Of a DNA stretch of 64,000 bases, positions 47,796-57,618 are shown piece by piece. Below the pieces are notes generated by a model that saw only the letters and a program-made list of their open reading frames with translations, searched no databases and was not told the DNA's origin. A program made the position numbers and the translations under genes. Within the stretch, counting starts at the first letter, position 1; every line of letters starts with the position of its first letter. Origin of the DNA: an uncultured delta proteobacterium (lineage in GTDB: Bacteria; Myxococcota; Kuafuiibacteriia; Kuafuiibacteriales; Kuafuiibacteriaceae); contig CAWDML010000008.1 of the NCBI GenBank assembly GCA_963803435.1, positions 256,001-320,000 on the forward strand, written 5' to 3'.

Positions 47796-49034
47796 TCACT
47801 CGTACCGCAGCGCTTCGACCGGGTTGAGCCGGGAGGCGCGCCAGGCGGGGAACAGTCCGAAGACCACGCCGGTGAGGACGGCCAGGCCCAGGCCGAGGGC
47901 GATCGACCAGGGGACCACGTGGAAGCTCCAGGATCCGAACGCCTGGCGGAGGCCGAACGCGACCAGCCAGCAGGTGCCGATCCCTCCCAGGACGCCGACG
48001 ACGCCGCCGGCCAGGGAGACGGTGGCGGCCTCCAGCAGGAACTGCACCCAGATCGCCCGGGGATTGGCGCCGACGGCGCGGCGGATCCCGATCTCTCGGG
48101 TCCGCTCGGTGACGGTGACCAGCATGATGTTCATGATGTTGATCCCGCCGACGAACATCGACATCAGCCCGGTGCCGACCAAGAGGATCTCGATGATCGA
48201 GATGATGAGGTGCTCCTGCTGGTCACCCTTCCGATCGTCGAGCTTGAAGTTCTTCACTCCCAGGTGGCGGCGCAGCAGCACCTTCTCGGCGACCGCGCCG
48301 ATCGTGTTCATCCAGCGCTCGGTCGCGCCGGAGCCGCGCACCCGGAGGAAGATCGAGTCGACCCGATGCGTGGGCGAGAGCGCGGCGTCGTAGGCCACCT
48401 GCGGGATCAGCACCTTGCGGTCCCACATCCAGGTGCCCGTGCCGTGGCCCATGGTGGGCTTGTGCGCCAGGATGCCGACGATCGTGAAGCTGAGGTGATC
48501 GATCGTGAGCTGGCGGCCGAGCACGTTTTCGTCCTTGTCGAGGAGCTCCTCCCAGATCTCGTGTCCGATCACCGCCACGCGGCGTCCCGCGTCCATGTCG
48601 GTGTCGTCGAGGAAGCGTCCGATCTGCACGTTGAGCCGGTAGAGGTCGATCGAGCCGGGATTTCCGCCGACCAGCCGGACGCGCTTCTGCCGGCCCTTCC
48701 AATAGGCGCGCGCCTCGAGGCGGCTCTCGATGGCGACGTCGACCGAGGGGAGCTGCGGCGACCCGTCCAGGGCGTGTCCGTCGCTTCGGGACAGCTCGCG
48801 CTGGGCCTTCTCGAGCTGGTTCGCCGGCGCCTCGTCCTTGTCGATGCGGAGCGTGTCGGTGTCGTTGATGCCCTGGTTCATCTTGACCAGCGACTCCTCG
48901 GCGCCCTGGAGCAGGCCGGCCAGCATGACGATCGAGCCGGTGCCGATCACGATGCCGAGGAGGGTCAGCGCCGAGCGCGCGCGGTTGATCGCGAACGTGT
49001 GCGTGATGCCGCGGAGGTGGTCGAGCGTTCTCAT
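47796..49034 (-). CDS. MacB/FtsX-like ABC permease
   Basis: RSALTLLGIVIG, VGGINIMNIMLVTVTERTREIGIRRAVGA, PAWRASRLNPVEALRYE. Confidence 0.92.
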   Translation of the reverse strand: MRTLDHLRGITHTFAINRARSALTLLGIVIGTGSIVMLAGLLQGAEESLVKMNQGINDTDTLRIDKDEAPANQLEKAQRELSRSDGHALDGSPQLPSVDVAIESRLEARAYWKGRQKRVRLVGGNPGSIDLYRLNVQIGRFLDDTDMDAGRRVAVIGHEIWEELLDKDENVLGRQLTIDHLSFTIVGILAHKPTMGHGTGTWMWDRKVLIPQVAYDAALSPTHRVDSIFLRVRGSGATERWMNTIGAVAEKVLLRRHLGVKNFKLDDRKGDQQEHLIISIIEILLVGTGLMSMFVGGINIMNIMLVTVTERTREIGIRRAVGANPRAIWVQFLLEAATVSLAGGVVGVLGGIGTCWLVAFGLRQAFGSWSFHVVPWSIALGLGLAVLTGVVFGLFPAWRASRLNPVEALRYE

Positions 49035-50257
49035 CGCCGGATCGCCTCCACCGGGTCGAGCCGGCCGGCGCGTCGGGCGGGGAAGAAGCCGAAGACGACC
49101 CCGATGCCGATCGAGACGATCAGCGCGATCATCACCGCCGCGTACGAGATCTCGCCGATCCACAGCGGCTGCAGCTTCAGGATCAACAGGTTGGCCCCGA
49201 CGGCGGCCGCCACTCCGGCCAGGGTGCCCGACAGCCCGCCCGCGCCCGCCAACACGGCGGCCTCGCACAGGAACTGGGAGGCGATCGCGCTGGGGCTGGC
49301 GCCGAGCGCCTTGCGGATGCCGATCTCCCGGGTCCGCTCCGAGACGCTCACCAGCATCATGTTCATGACGCCGATCCCACCGACCACCAGCGCGATGCCG
49401 GCGATCAGACCGACCACCGCCTCCATCGTCGCGAACATCACGTCGAGCTGGGCCATAAACGCGTTGAAGTCCCAGATCTGGAAGTCGTCGATCGCGCCGT
49501 GACGATCCACCAGGATCGCGTTGGCGATCCGCTTCACGATGTCGTTCGAGGTGACCGCATCGGTGCGGATCTGGATGAACGATCCCGAGACCACCTTCGG
49601 CCGCGTGTCCGCGAGCGTATCGTGCGGCATCGCGACGAAGTCGAGCCATTCGAAGCCGAAGTTGGTGTCCCAGTGATCGACCTTGGCGAGCTTGCCGATC
49701 ACCTGGCACCGATCGCCGTCGACGGAGATCCAGCGGCCCACCATGCGCTGCCCCTCGCCGAGCTTGTCCGCCAGGTCGTGTGCGATCACGCAGACCCGCG
49801 CATGCTGGCGATTCTCCTCCTCGGTGAAGAGACGACCGTCCTCGATCCGCAGGTTCAACACGGCGAAGAAGCCGGCGTCGGCTGCCACCAGATCGCTCCG
49901 AACGGTGGTGCCGCGGTCGTCCAGGACGTCGGAGCGACCCAGCGTGGCGTACATCGAGCGCGCGGCGGTGTGGGGCAGCGCCGCGAACAGGAGGTCCCGA
50001 TCCCGCTCGGAGATCTCGCCACGGGAGGCGCTGGCGCGGTTGGGGACACGCTCCGGCTGCTTCGGGGCGATCATGATGATCTGCGCGCCGCCCAGCTCCT
50101 GGATGTCGCGGACCAGCGTGGTGAGCCCGCTCTCGGCCAGCGAGGACATGAGCACGATCGAGAACGCGCCCAGCGTGATGCTGGAGACAGTCAGCGAGGA
50201 GCGGAACTTGTGGGCCCGCAGCGCTCGCAGCGCGATCCGAACGTACTCGCGCCACAT
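49031..50257 (-). CDS. MacB/FtsX-like ABC permease
   Basis: HKFRSSLT, VGGIGVMNMMLVSVSERTREIGIRKALGA, PARRAGRLDPVEAIR. Confidence 0.93.
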   Translation of the reverse strand: MWREYVRIALRALRAHKFRSSLTVSSITLGAFSIVLMSSLAESGLTTLVRDIQELGGAQIIMIAPKQPERVPNRASASRGEISERDRDLLFAALPHTAARSMYATLGRSDVLDDRGTTVRSDLVAADAGFFAVLNLRIEDGRLFTEEENRQHARVCVIAHDLADKLGEGQRMVGRWISVDGDRCQVIGKLAKVDHWDTNFGFEWLDFVAMPHDTLADTRPKVVSGSFIQIRTDAVTSNDIVKRIANAILVDRHGAIDDFQIWDFNAFMAQLDVMFATMEAVVGLIAGIALVVGGIGVMNMMLVSVSERTREIGIRKALGASPSAIASQFLCEAAVLAGAGGLSGTLAGVAAAVGANLLILKLQPLWIGEISYAAVMIALIVSIGIGVVFGFFPARRAGRLDPVEAIRR

Positions 50258-51369
50258 CAGAGCTTGACCTCGTTGTCCTTCGAGGAGGCCGGATCGATCA
50301 GCAGCGCCTCACCCTCCTCGACGCCGGAGGTGATCTCGATCTCCCGGTCGTTGCGCGCGCCCAGCTCCACCTCGGCCTGGGCGGTCGTCTCCTTTCCCTC
50401 GGCCATGATGATCTTCGTGACGTACGCCTTGCCTTCCTTCTTGACGACGGCCTCGATCGGGACCGCGAAGACGTTCGCGCGGGTCTCGATCTGGAAGCGT
50501 ACGTCGGCGGTCATGCCCGGCTTGATCGAGTCGTCCACCGCCACCAGCGTCGCCTCCACCGGGAAGACCTCGATGTCCTTGTTCTTCGCCGCCTTGACCG
50601 CAGCCGGCGCGGTCTTCGTGACCTTGGCCTCGAAGGTCTTGCCGGGCAGCGCGTCGAACGTGAGCGTCGCCCGCTGGTCCAGCTGGATGCGGGCCACATC
50701 GATCTGGTTCAGCTCGCACCGCACGATCAGCGTCGAGAGATCGCCGATCGTCAGCAGTGGTCGCCCCTCGAACGTTTGCTGGACCCCTGGCGTCACCACC
50801 TCGCCCTGCTTGATCCCGAGCTCCAGTACGGTCCCGTCGATCGGCGAGGTGATGCGCGTGTAGCGCAGGCGATCGCGGGCGGTCTCGAGGGCGATCTGCG
50901 CGCTCCGGAGGGCCACCGTCTTCGCCTTGAACTCGTTCATCGCCAGGTCCACGTCGACCTGGGCCACGCCGCGGTCGGCCAGCCCACGCTTCTTCCGGTC
51001 GAGGTTGAGCTGGGCGAACTCGAGCCCGATCTTGGCCATCGCCACGTCGGCGTCGGCCCGCGCCACCTCACGCTCGTAGTCGATCGGATCGAGCCGCAGC
51101 AAAAGCTGGCCCTTCTTCACGTGGACGCTCTCGTCCACCGGTACCTCGACGACCTGGCCCGCCACCTTCGACTTGATCTCGATCTTCTCCTCCGGTTCGA
51201 CCTTGCCGGTGTCGACCACCTCGATGGCGAGATCGTGCCGTTTCACGGTCACGCGGAGGGCGGCGTCCTTGGAGATCGTCTGGGCGTCCGAGCGCGTGCT
51301 CAGATAGATGCCGGTGCCGATGGCGCCGGCGACAGCGAGGACGAGCATCCAGCGAATCTTGACCTTCAT
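50257..51369 (-). CDS. MacA-like periplasmic adaptor (efflux MFP)
   Basis: EIKSKVAGQV, VKKGQLL, ITSPIDGTV, IKPGMTADV. Confidence 0.92.
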   Translation of the reverse strand: MKVKIRWMLVLAVAGAIGTGIYLSTRSDAQTISKDAALRVTVKRHDLAIEVVDTGKVEPEEKIEIKSKVAGQVVEVPVDESVHVKKGQLLLRLDPIDYEREVARADADVAMAKIGLEFAQLNLDRKKRGLADRGVAQVDVDLAMNEFKAKTVALRSAQIALETARDRLRYTRITSPIDGTVLELGIKQGEVVTPGVQQTFEGRPLLTIGDLSTLIVRCELNQIDVARIQLDQRATLTFDALPGKTFEAKVTKTAPAAVKAAKNKDIEVFPVEATLVAVDDSIKPGMTADVRFQIETRANVFAVPIEAVVKKEGKAYVTKIIMAEGKETTAQAEVELGARNDREIEITSGVEEGEALLIDPASSKDNEVKL

Positions 51370-52691
51370 TCTTTGTCTCCGATGATCGATCCGAGCGACG
51401 CGTCGAGCTCGAGCCAGGCGAGCTGCAGCTCGGAGGTGGTGTCTGCAATCCGGCGCTCGACGTCGAGTAGCTCGATCTCCGTATCGAGCAGCTCGAACAC
51501 CAGCGCCTCGCCGTTCTCGTAGCGCTTCTGGATGATCTCGACGTTGTCCCGCGCGACCGCCTCCGCAGGCGCCAGCCGCGACCGCACCTGGTGGAGGTGG
51601 AGCACCCGCGCCCGGGCGGTGCGGACGTCCGACTCGACGACACGCCCGACGCGGCGGATCTCTTCGGCGAGGCGCGACTGCTCGTACTCGGCGTCCTTCA
51701 CGGCGGTGTACGTGTTGAGCGTGTCGAAGAGGTTGATCGAGAGCGTCGCGCCGACCTGGAAGTCGCCGGCCGTGTTCGAGAACGGGTTCGTGGAGGCGAA
51801 CACGGCGCGCGATCCGACGCCGGCCAGGAAGGGGTTGTTGCCGTACTGGAAGAGGCCGAACACGCTCAGCTGGGGGTAGTAGCCCGACGCGGCGATGTCG
51901 ACCGACTCCCGCTGCGCGTCGAACCGCTTCTTCGCCGAGAGCACCTCCGGGCGCGCGCCGAGCGCGTCGTCGATCAACCGGTCGACCGGGGGCGGCAGCC
52001 GCTCGGGGATACGCGGCTCATCGATCAGGGTCACGCGGTCGTCGATGCCCAGCGCCACCGCGAGCTGCGCGGTCGCCTCCAGGAGCGAGCCGTCGAGGTC
52101 CGCGAGAGTGACCTCCTGGAGGAGCCGGCGCGAGCTCGCGCGGTTCTCGTCGATCGCGGAGGCCAGCCCGGCTCGCACCCGCGAGCGCGCGATCTGCTCG
52201 GCGTTGCGGAGGCGATCGAGCGCCCGGGCCTGCACGTCGCGGAGCAATCCGAGCTTGCGGACCGACCAGTAGGCGCGGGCCACCGCCAGCGACACGTCCT
52301 TCCTCTGGGACCGCACGTCCTGATCGGCGGCATCCTCGAGGTCTTCGGCTCGCCCGACGTTCGACTCGACGCGGAAACCGGAGAAGACCGGCACGTTCAG
52401 GCTGGCGGACGCGTTCGACAGGCCGAGGCCGCCGGTGAACGCGCCCTCCTGATCTCCGCCGATGTTGGACTGCGTCCACAGCTCCTGGAGCTGCGCGTCC
52501 ACCTTGAGACTGAAGCGATCGAGCTGCGCGCGCAGGACCGCCAGCTGAGAACGATCGCGGACGATCCGCGCGGCGCCTACGGTCGGGTCGGTCCCGAGGG
52601 CCAGCTCCACGGCTTCATCGAGCGTGAGCGTGCGCGTGGCCGTCTCGCTCGGCGGAGCGCCGAGCAAGAGGAGAATCAAGGCGCAACTCAT
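51366..52691 (-). CDS. TolC-family outer-membrane efflux protein
   Basis: LTLDEAVELAL, VARAYWSV, ALGARPEV, SGYYPQLS, RYENGEA..ELLD. Confidence 0.88.
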   Translation of the reverse strand: MSCALILLLLGAPPSETATRTLTLDEAVELALGTDPTVGAARIVRDRSQLAVLRAQLDRFSLKVDAQLQELWTQSNIGGDQEGAFTGGLGLSNASASLNVPVFSGFRVESNVGRAEDLEDAADQDVRSQRKDVSLAVARAYWSVRKLGLLRDVQARALDRLRNAEQIARSRVRAGLASAIDENRASSRRLLQEVTLADLDGSLLEATAQLAVALGIDDRVTLIDEPRIPERLPPPVDRLIDDALGARPEVLSAKKRFDAQRESVDIAASGYYPQLSVFGLFQYGNNPFLAGVGSRAVFASTNPFSNTAGDFQVGATLSINLFDTLNTYTAVKDAEYEQSRLAEEIRRVGRVVESDVRTARARVLHLHQVRSRLAPAEAVARDNVEIIQKRYENGEALVFELLDTEIELLDVERRIADTTSELQLAWLELDASLGSIIGDKE

Positions 52692-53383
52692 CTTGCGGTC
52701 TCTCCGATCTGATCGGATACGATCGATCCGTCCTTGAAGGTCACGACGCGCTCGGCGTAGCGGGCGATGCTGGGATCGTGGGTGACCAGGACGACGGTCA
52801 TCCCCTCCTGGTGCAGCTGGCAGAACAGCTCCATCACCTGTCCGGTGGTGGCCGAGTCGAGGGCGCCGGTCGGCTCGTCGGCCAGGAGGATGAGCGGCTG
52901 GTTCACGATGGCGCGGGCGATGGCGACGCGCTGCTGCTGGCCGCCCGACAGCTCGGTGGGGAGGTGGTCGACGCGGCCCTCCAGCCCGACCCGCTCGAGC
53001 GCCGCCAGCGCCTTCCTCCGGCGGACCGACGGACTCACGCCCCGATAGACCATCGGCAGCTCGACGTTCTCCACCGCCGAGTAGCGGGGCAGCAGGTTGA
53101 AGGACTGGAAGACGAACCCGATCTTGCGATTCCTGAGCTCGGAGAGGGCGTATTCGTCGTAGGCCTCGACGGCCTCGCCGTCGAGGAAGTACCGGCCCGA
53201 GTCCGGGCGGTCGAGGGTCCCCACCACGTTGAGGAGCGTCGATTTGCCCGAACCCGAGGCGCCCATGACGGCGACCATCTCTCCGCGCTGGATGGAGAAG
53301 GAGATCCCCCGGAGCGCGTGGAGCGCGACGTCGCCCATCCGGTAGACCCGCGCCACCTCTTCCAGCCGAACCAACGGCGTCAT
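52688..53383 (-). CDS. LolD/MacB-type ABC ATP-binding protein
   Basis: GASGSGKST, IGFVFQSFNLL, LSGGQQQRVAIARA, ILLADEPTGALD, VTHD. Confidence 0.95.
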   Translation of the reverse strand: MTPLVRLEEVARVYRMGDVALHALRGISFSIQRGEMVAVMGASGSGKSTLLNVVGTLDRPDSGRYFLDGEAVEAYDEYALSELRNRKIGFVFQSFNLLPRYSAVENVELPMVYRGVSPSVRRRKALAALERVGLEGRVDHLPTELSGGQQQRVAIARAIVNQPLILLADEPTGALDSATTGQVMELFCQLHQEGMTVVLVTHDPSIARYAERVVTFKDGSIVSDQIGETAR

Positions 53384-53509
53384 GCCGGCGCCGTACGCAA
53401 GCGGCGTACCGTTGTCCACCCCTGCAGTCCCGGGTGTGCGTGCAGTCAAAAGGCTGCACCGCGCGCAGCCGGAGGAAGGCGGCCCGCCGGCCTGCGTACG
53501 ATGATTCGA

Positions 53510-54787
53510 ATGACGCTCAGTCCGCGCGTAATCGCCCAACGCACCATTCCTTCCGTGGCGCTGATCTCCACACCGACCGGGCTGGGGACCGGCTTCGTGG
53601 TGCGCGCCGACGGCCGCATCGCCACCAACCATCACGTGGTCGACGGCGCGCTCGAGGCGGTCGTGACCCTCGGCGAGGTCGAGTATCGAAACGTCCGCGT
53701 GGTGGCCTCCGACCCGAAGCACGACCTCGTGCTGCTCGCGATCGACGCCCTCGACCTGCCGGTGCTCCCGCTCGGCGACAGCACCGACGTTCACCCTGGG
53801 CAGGAGGTGGTCGCGATCGGGCATCCGCTCGGGCTTGGCAACACGATCAGCGACGGGCTCGTCAGCGGCATCCGCGAGCTGGGGCCCGGCATGCGCTTGC
53901 TCCAGGTGTCGGCGCCGATCTCCACCGGCTCGTCGGGTGGACCGCTCCTCGACGAGCAGGGCCGTGTCATCGGGATCTCCACCCTGGTGGTGACGAAGGG
54001 TCAGAACCTCAACTTCGGCGTGCCCGTGAACTACCTCAAGGAGCTGATGGCGGCGCCGGAATCGTCGATGACGCTGGCAGAGATGGCGCGCGACTACGTG
54101 CGTCCCGTCCCCGAGCGCTCCGTCCCTGCTCACGACCTGGCCGTGCTCGAGGACTGCTCCCCGGAAGAGGTCGCGATGGTCGAGCTCGAGATCGCCCGCG
54201 CGATCGGGGTAGGCGCGCCGCTCTACAACGACGGTCACCACGAGGCGTGCTTCCGCGTGTACGAGGGAACTGCGCTGTCGCTCCGCGACCGCCTCGGCTC
54301 GGTCAACCGGGTGGCGGCGGCGCTGATCGGCGGCGTCGAGACCGCGGCTCGGGCGCCGGACTACACCGCGAAGGCCTGGGCGATGCGGGACGCCTTCGAC
54401 GGCGTCCTCGACGTCATCGATCGCAAGCTGAGCGAGATGGGCGGCGCGAAGAAGAAGCTCGAGCGAAAGGTTCCGCAGCACGACCTCGCGCTCCTCGGCG
54501 GATGTCCCGACGAGGGTCTCGAGCAGATCACGTTCGCGATCGGCGACGCGATCGAGGTCGGTGCCCCGTTGTACAACGACGGGCACGCGGAGGCGTGCTT
54601 CCGTATCTATCAGGGGACGGCGCTCGAGCTCACCCAGCGCCTCGAGGGCTGCCCGGGGCCGGTGGGCGCCCTCGAGGAGGGGCTCGCCCGCGCCGACGGC
54701 GAGGACGGCTTCGAAGCAAAGGCCTGGGCGATGCGCGACACGTTCGACGGCCTGCTCCTGGTGATCAAGAAGCGCACCATGAACTGA
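53510..54787 (+). CDS. Trypsin-like (S1C/HtrA-like) serine protease with two tandem uncharacterised helical domains in place of PDZ
   Basis: GTGFVV..ATNHHV (His), HDLVLL (Asp), STGSSGGPL (Ser); two copies of AIxVGAPLYNDGHxEACFRxYxGTAL..AKAWAMRDxFDG. Confidence 0.88.
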   Translation: MTLSPRVIAQRTIPSVALISTPTGLGTGFVVRADGRIATNHHVVDGALEAVVTLGEVEYRNVRVVASDPKHDLVLLAIDALDLPVLPLGDSTDVHPGQEVVAIGHPLGLGNTISDGLVSGIRELGPGMRLLQVSAPISTGSSGGPLLDEQGRVIGISTLVVTKGQNLNFGVPVNYLKELMAAPESSMTLAEMARDYVRPVPERSVPAHDLAVLEDCSPEEVAMVELEIARAIGVGAPLYNDGHHEACFRVYEGTALSLRDRLGSVNRVAAALIGGVETAARAPDYTAKAWAMRDAFDGVLDVIDRKLSEMGGAKKKLERKVPQHDLALLGGCPDEGLEQITFAIGDAIEVGAPLYNDGHAEACFRIYQGTALELTQRLEGCPGPVGALEEGLARADGEDGFEAKAWAMRDTFDGLLLVIKKRTMN

Positions 54788-54791
54788 GCGC

Positions 54792-56141
54792 GTGCGCGCG
54801 ATCGTAGCTGTTGTCGAACCGCGTGTTCGAACGAAGGATAGAAGGGCGTTGATCACCGGGACCGCAACCACCCCGTTGATCGCTGCGGCCCTCGTGCTCC
54901 TGCCGAGCCTCGCCGTCGCGGACCCGATCGCCGAGCCCGAGGCGCTGCTCTCCCAACGCGGTGTGAAGCTGGTGGCGATCGAGTTCGGTGCGCGCTGGTG
55001 TCCAGGGTGCGTCGCGTCGGCGCCGCGCTGGGAGGCGCTGCGACAGGGCCATCGCGCCGACGGGCTCCGCGTGGTGGTGGTGGCCGTCCGCGATCCGGCG
55101 TGCAGCGCGGCCGACTGGACGGCGGACCAGGTGATCTGCGATCTCGACGGCGCGTTGGCGGCGCGCTTCGGGGTCGAGCGGATCCCGTCGGCGTTTCTGC
55201 TCAGCTGGGACGGACGGACGCTGGTCAGCCGCGGTGAGGTCGAGGAGGTGGAGCGCGGCGTCGAGCGCTGGCTTCACGAGCGCCCGCGCGTGGCCGTCTC
55301 GGTGGTGTCGAGCGGCGGCGTGTCGCCCGAGGCCCTCGAGGGGCTGGTGCGCGCGGAGCTCGTCGAGGAAGGCAAGCTCGAGGTGGTGGCCACCGCGGCC
55401 GAGCGACGGCGGCTCCACCGGTTGGCGCGGCGATCCTTCGCGGCGAGCTTCGACGAGCGCCTCCAGTGCGAGTTGGGACAGGAGGTCCCAGCCAACTCTC
55501 TGCTCGAAGTGTCTGTCGTAGGCGGCGACCTCGTCCTCCAGCTCCTCTCTGCGGAGCGCGGTTGTCTCATCTCGTCCAGCATCCGGCCGTGGGATCGATC
55601 CGATGTGGCCGGATCCGTGCGTGACGCCGTCGCCGGCATGGGGAGAGCGACTCCGGAGCGGAGGAGGGCGCGCCCGAGACCGGCCAGCCGCCACGCCCGG
55701 GCCAAGGCCGCCTTCGATCGCATCCAGCCGCGCTTCGAGGCGTATCGACGCCTGGAGGTGACCCTCGAGCAGCGCGCCCTGAAGGACAAGGCGGACGCCG
55801 CCGAGGCGCTGGCCCGCGAGTATCGCGGCGTGATGGAGCACGGCGATCCGAGGCTCGGGGTCGCGGCGCGCGTGCGGATCGCCGAGATCTATCTCGACTT
55901 CGCCGAGGGCATTCGAGGGGCCCCGCTGCCGGACGGCGTGACCGATCGCGCCGAGCTCGACGCCATCGCGCGGGGGCCGGAGCAGCGGGCCAAGGAGGCC
56001 CTCGACGAGGGGCTCGTCCTGGCCCGGCGCCGTGGCGTCCGCGGACTCTGGCGGAACCGGCTCGAGGATCAGCTGGAGCGGCTCAGCGCCGAAGCCGCTC
56101 GCCGACAAAGTAGATCCCGCCCGCGATCAGGAACCCAGTGA
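54792..56141 (+). CDS. TlpA/thioredoxin-like protein with CsgG-like middle region and GltD/AgmU-like helical C-terminus
   Basis: IEFGARWCPGC, FGVERIPSAFLL; C-terminal AARVRIAEIYLDFAEGIRGAPLP..PEQRAKEAL..LW; start uncertain (possibly TTG 54849). Confidence 0.7.
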   Translation: MRAIVAVVEPRVRTKDRRALITGTATTPLIAAALVLLPSLAVADPIAEPEALLSQRGVKLVAIEFGARWCPGCVASAPRWEALRQGHRADGLRVVVVAVRDPACSAADWTADQVICDLDGALAARFGVERIPSAFLLSWDGRTLVSRGEVEEVERGVERWLHERPRVAVSVVSSGGVSPEALEGLVRAELVEEGKLEVVATAAERRRLHRLARRSFAASFDERLQCELGQEVPANSLLEVSVVGGDLVLQLLSAERGCLISSSIRPWDRSDVAGSVRDAVAGMGRATPERRRARPRPASRHARAKAAFDRIQPRFEAYRRLEVTLEQRALKDKADAAEALAREYRGVMEHGDPRLGVAARVRIAEIYLDFAEGIRGAPLPDGVTDRAELDAIARGPEQRAKEALDEGLVLARRRGVRGLWRNRLEDQLERLSAEAARRQSRSRPRSGTQ

Positions 56142-57618
56142 ACCAGGCGTAGACGTAGAGGTCGTCGAAAAAGTTCGGCGGCCCCTCGATCAAGTGCGCG
56201 CTCTTGAGGAACCCCGGGATGTTCGGGAGCACGCCCGCGATCAGCGCGCCGACCGCCACCGGATTGACGCCGGCATAGCGGCCGTTCTTGCGATAGAGAT
56301 CCGGGACGTCGAGGTCGCGGTCGCGCAGGAGCCAATAGTCGACCACCATGATCCCGGCGATGGGCCCCAGCAGCGCCGAGTATCCGATCAGCCAGTTGAA
56401 GATGTACGTCTCGGCGCTCGAGAGCAGCTTCCACGGCATGATGAGGATGCCGAGGATGCCGGTGATGAGGCCGCCGGTCTTGAACGAGATGTAGCGCGGC
56501 GCCAGGTTCGCGAAGTCGTTCGCGGGGCTGACGACGTTGGCGGCGATGTTCACCGAGACGGTGGCGATGCCGACACCCAAGAGGGCGACCACCGCGACCA
56601 GCAGCCGGAGCGTGCCGGAGGCGATCAGCGGCTCGGTGAGGCCCTCGGGCGGCGTGGAGGCGGTGAGCTGCGAGAGGATGAAGACCGGATCCCAGAGCTT
56701 GCCCGGGTCGATGCCGCGCAGGATGGCTTGCGCGGCGCTGGTGATGATGACGCCCATCGCCGAGAACGCGACCATCGTCGTGGGGAGGCCGAGCGTCTGG
56801 CCGACCAGCTGCTCGCGCTGTCCCTTTCCGAAGCGCGTGAAGTCGGGGATGTTGAGCGACAGGGTCGCCCAGAAGCCGATCATCCCGGTGAGGGAGGGGA
56901 TGAAGACCTTCCAGAACGCACCGACCGTCTCGAACTTGGAGGGATGCGTGAGCATGGGGCCGAGGCCGCCGGCCGCGCTGATCGCCCAAATCATGAGGAC
57001 AGCGGCCATGACCAGGACGAGCGGCGCGGCCCAGTTCTCGAAGTGTCGTACCGCGTTCATACCGCGGTAGATGATGAAGATGTTCAGCGCCCAGAAGATC
57101 AGAAACGTGATCGCGCTGGGGATGCTGAGCCCGGCGATGCTGACGCCCTCGGCCAGGTGGCCGTAGGCGGGCCAGATCGCCTCGAGGAACGTCTTGACCG
57201 CCTCGCCGCCGATGAACGTCTGGATGCCGAACCAGCCGCACGCGACGATCGCGCGGAGGACGGCGGGGATGTTGGCGCCGGCGGTGCCGAATGAGGCGCG
57301 CGCGAGCACGGGAAAGGGGATGCCGTACTTGGTGCCCGGGTGGGCGTTGAGGAGGATCGGCACGAGGACGATCAGGTTGCCGAGGCCGATCGTGAGGAGC
57401 GCCTGCCACCAGTTCATGCCGACCGCGATCAACCCGCCGGCCAGCATGTACGTGGGGATGCAGTGCGCCATCGAGATCCAGAGCGCGGCGAAGTTATACG
57501 TGGTCCACACCCGGCGGCTCGCGGGGACCGGCGCCAGATCGGGGTTGAACAGCGGGCTGTCGGCGACGTCCGCGGGCAGCGCCGCCAGGGCCTCTTTGAG
57601 CAGCTCGGGATCATGCAT
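56083..57618 (-). CDS. NCS1 nucleobase:cation symporter
   Basis: FNPDLAPV, PGTKYGIPFPV, RAIVACGWFGIQT, FWATLSLNIPDFTRF, NIAANVVSPAND, PWKL. Confidence 0.95.
   Translation of the reverse strand: MHDPELLKEALAALPADVADSPLFNPDLAPVPASRRVWTTYNFAALWISMAHCIPTYMLAGGLIAVGMNWWQALLTIGLGNLIVLVPILLNAHPGTKYGIPFPVLARASFGTAGANIPAVLRAIVACGWFGIQTFIGGEAVKTFLEAIWPAYGHLAEGVSIAGLSIPSAITFLIFWALNIFIIYRGMNAVRHFENWAAPLVLVMAAVLMIWAISAAGGLGPMLTHPSKFETVGAFWKVFIPSLTGMIGFWATLSLNIPDFTRFGKGQREQLVGQTLGLPTTMVAFSAMGVIITSAAQAILRGIDPGKLWDPVFILSQLTASTPPEGLTEPLIASGTLRLLVAVVALLGVGIATVSVNIAANVVSPANDFANLAPRYISFKTGGLITGILGILIMPWKLLSSAETYIFNWLIGYSALLGPIAGIMVVDYWLLRDRDLDVPDLYRKNGRYAGVNPVAVGALIAGVLPNIPGFLKSAHLIEGPPNFFDDLYVYAWFTGFLIAGGIYFVGERLRR

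Noticed and set aside
47796-54871. 819-aa, 697-aa, 727-aa and 669-aa ORFs as fusion proteins
   Set aside because: Their N-terminal parts are Arg/Pro-rich off-frame or antisense translations; real starts are at 49034, 52691, 53383 and 53510.
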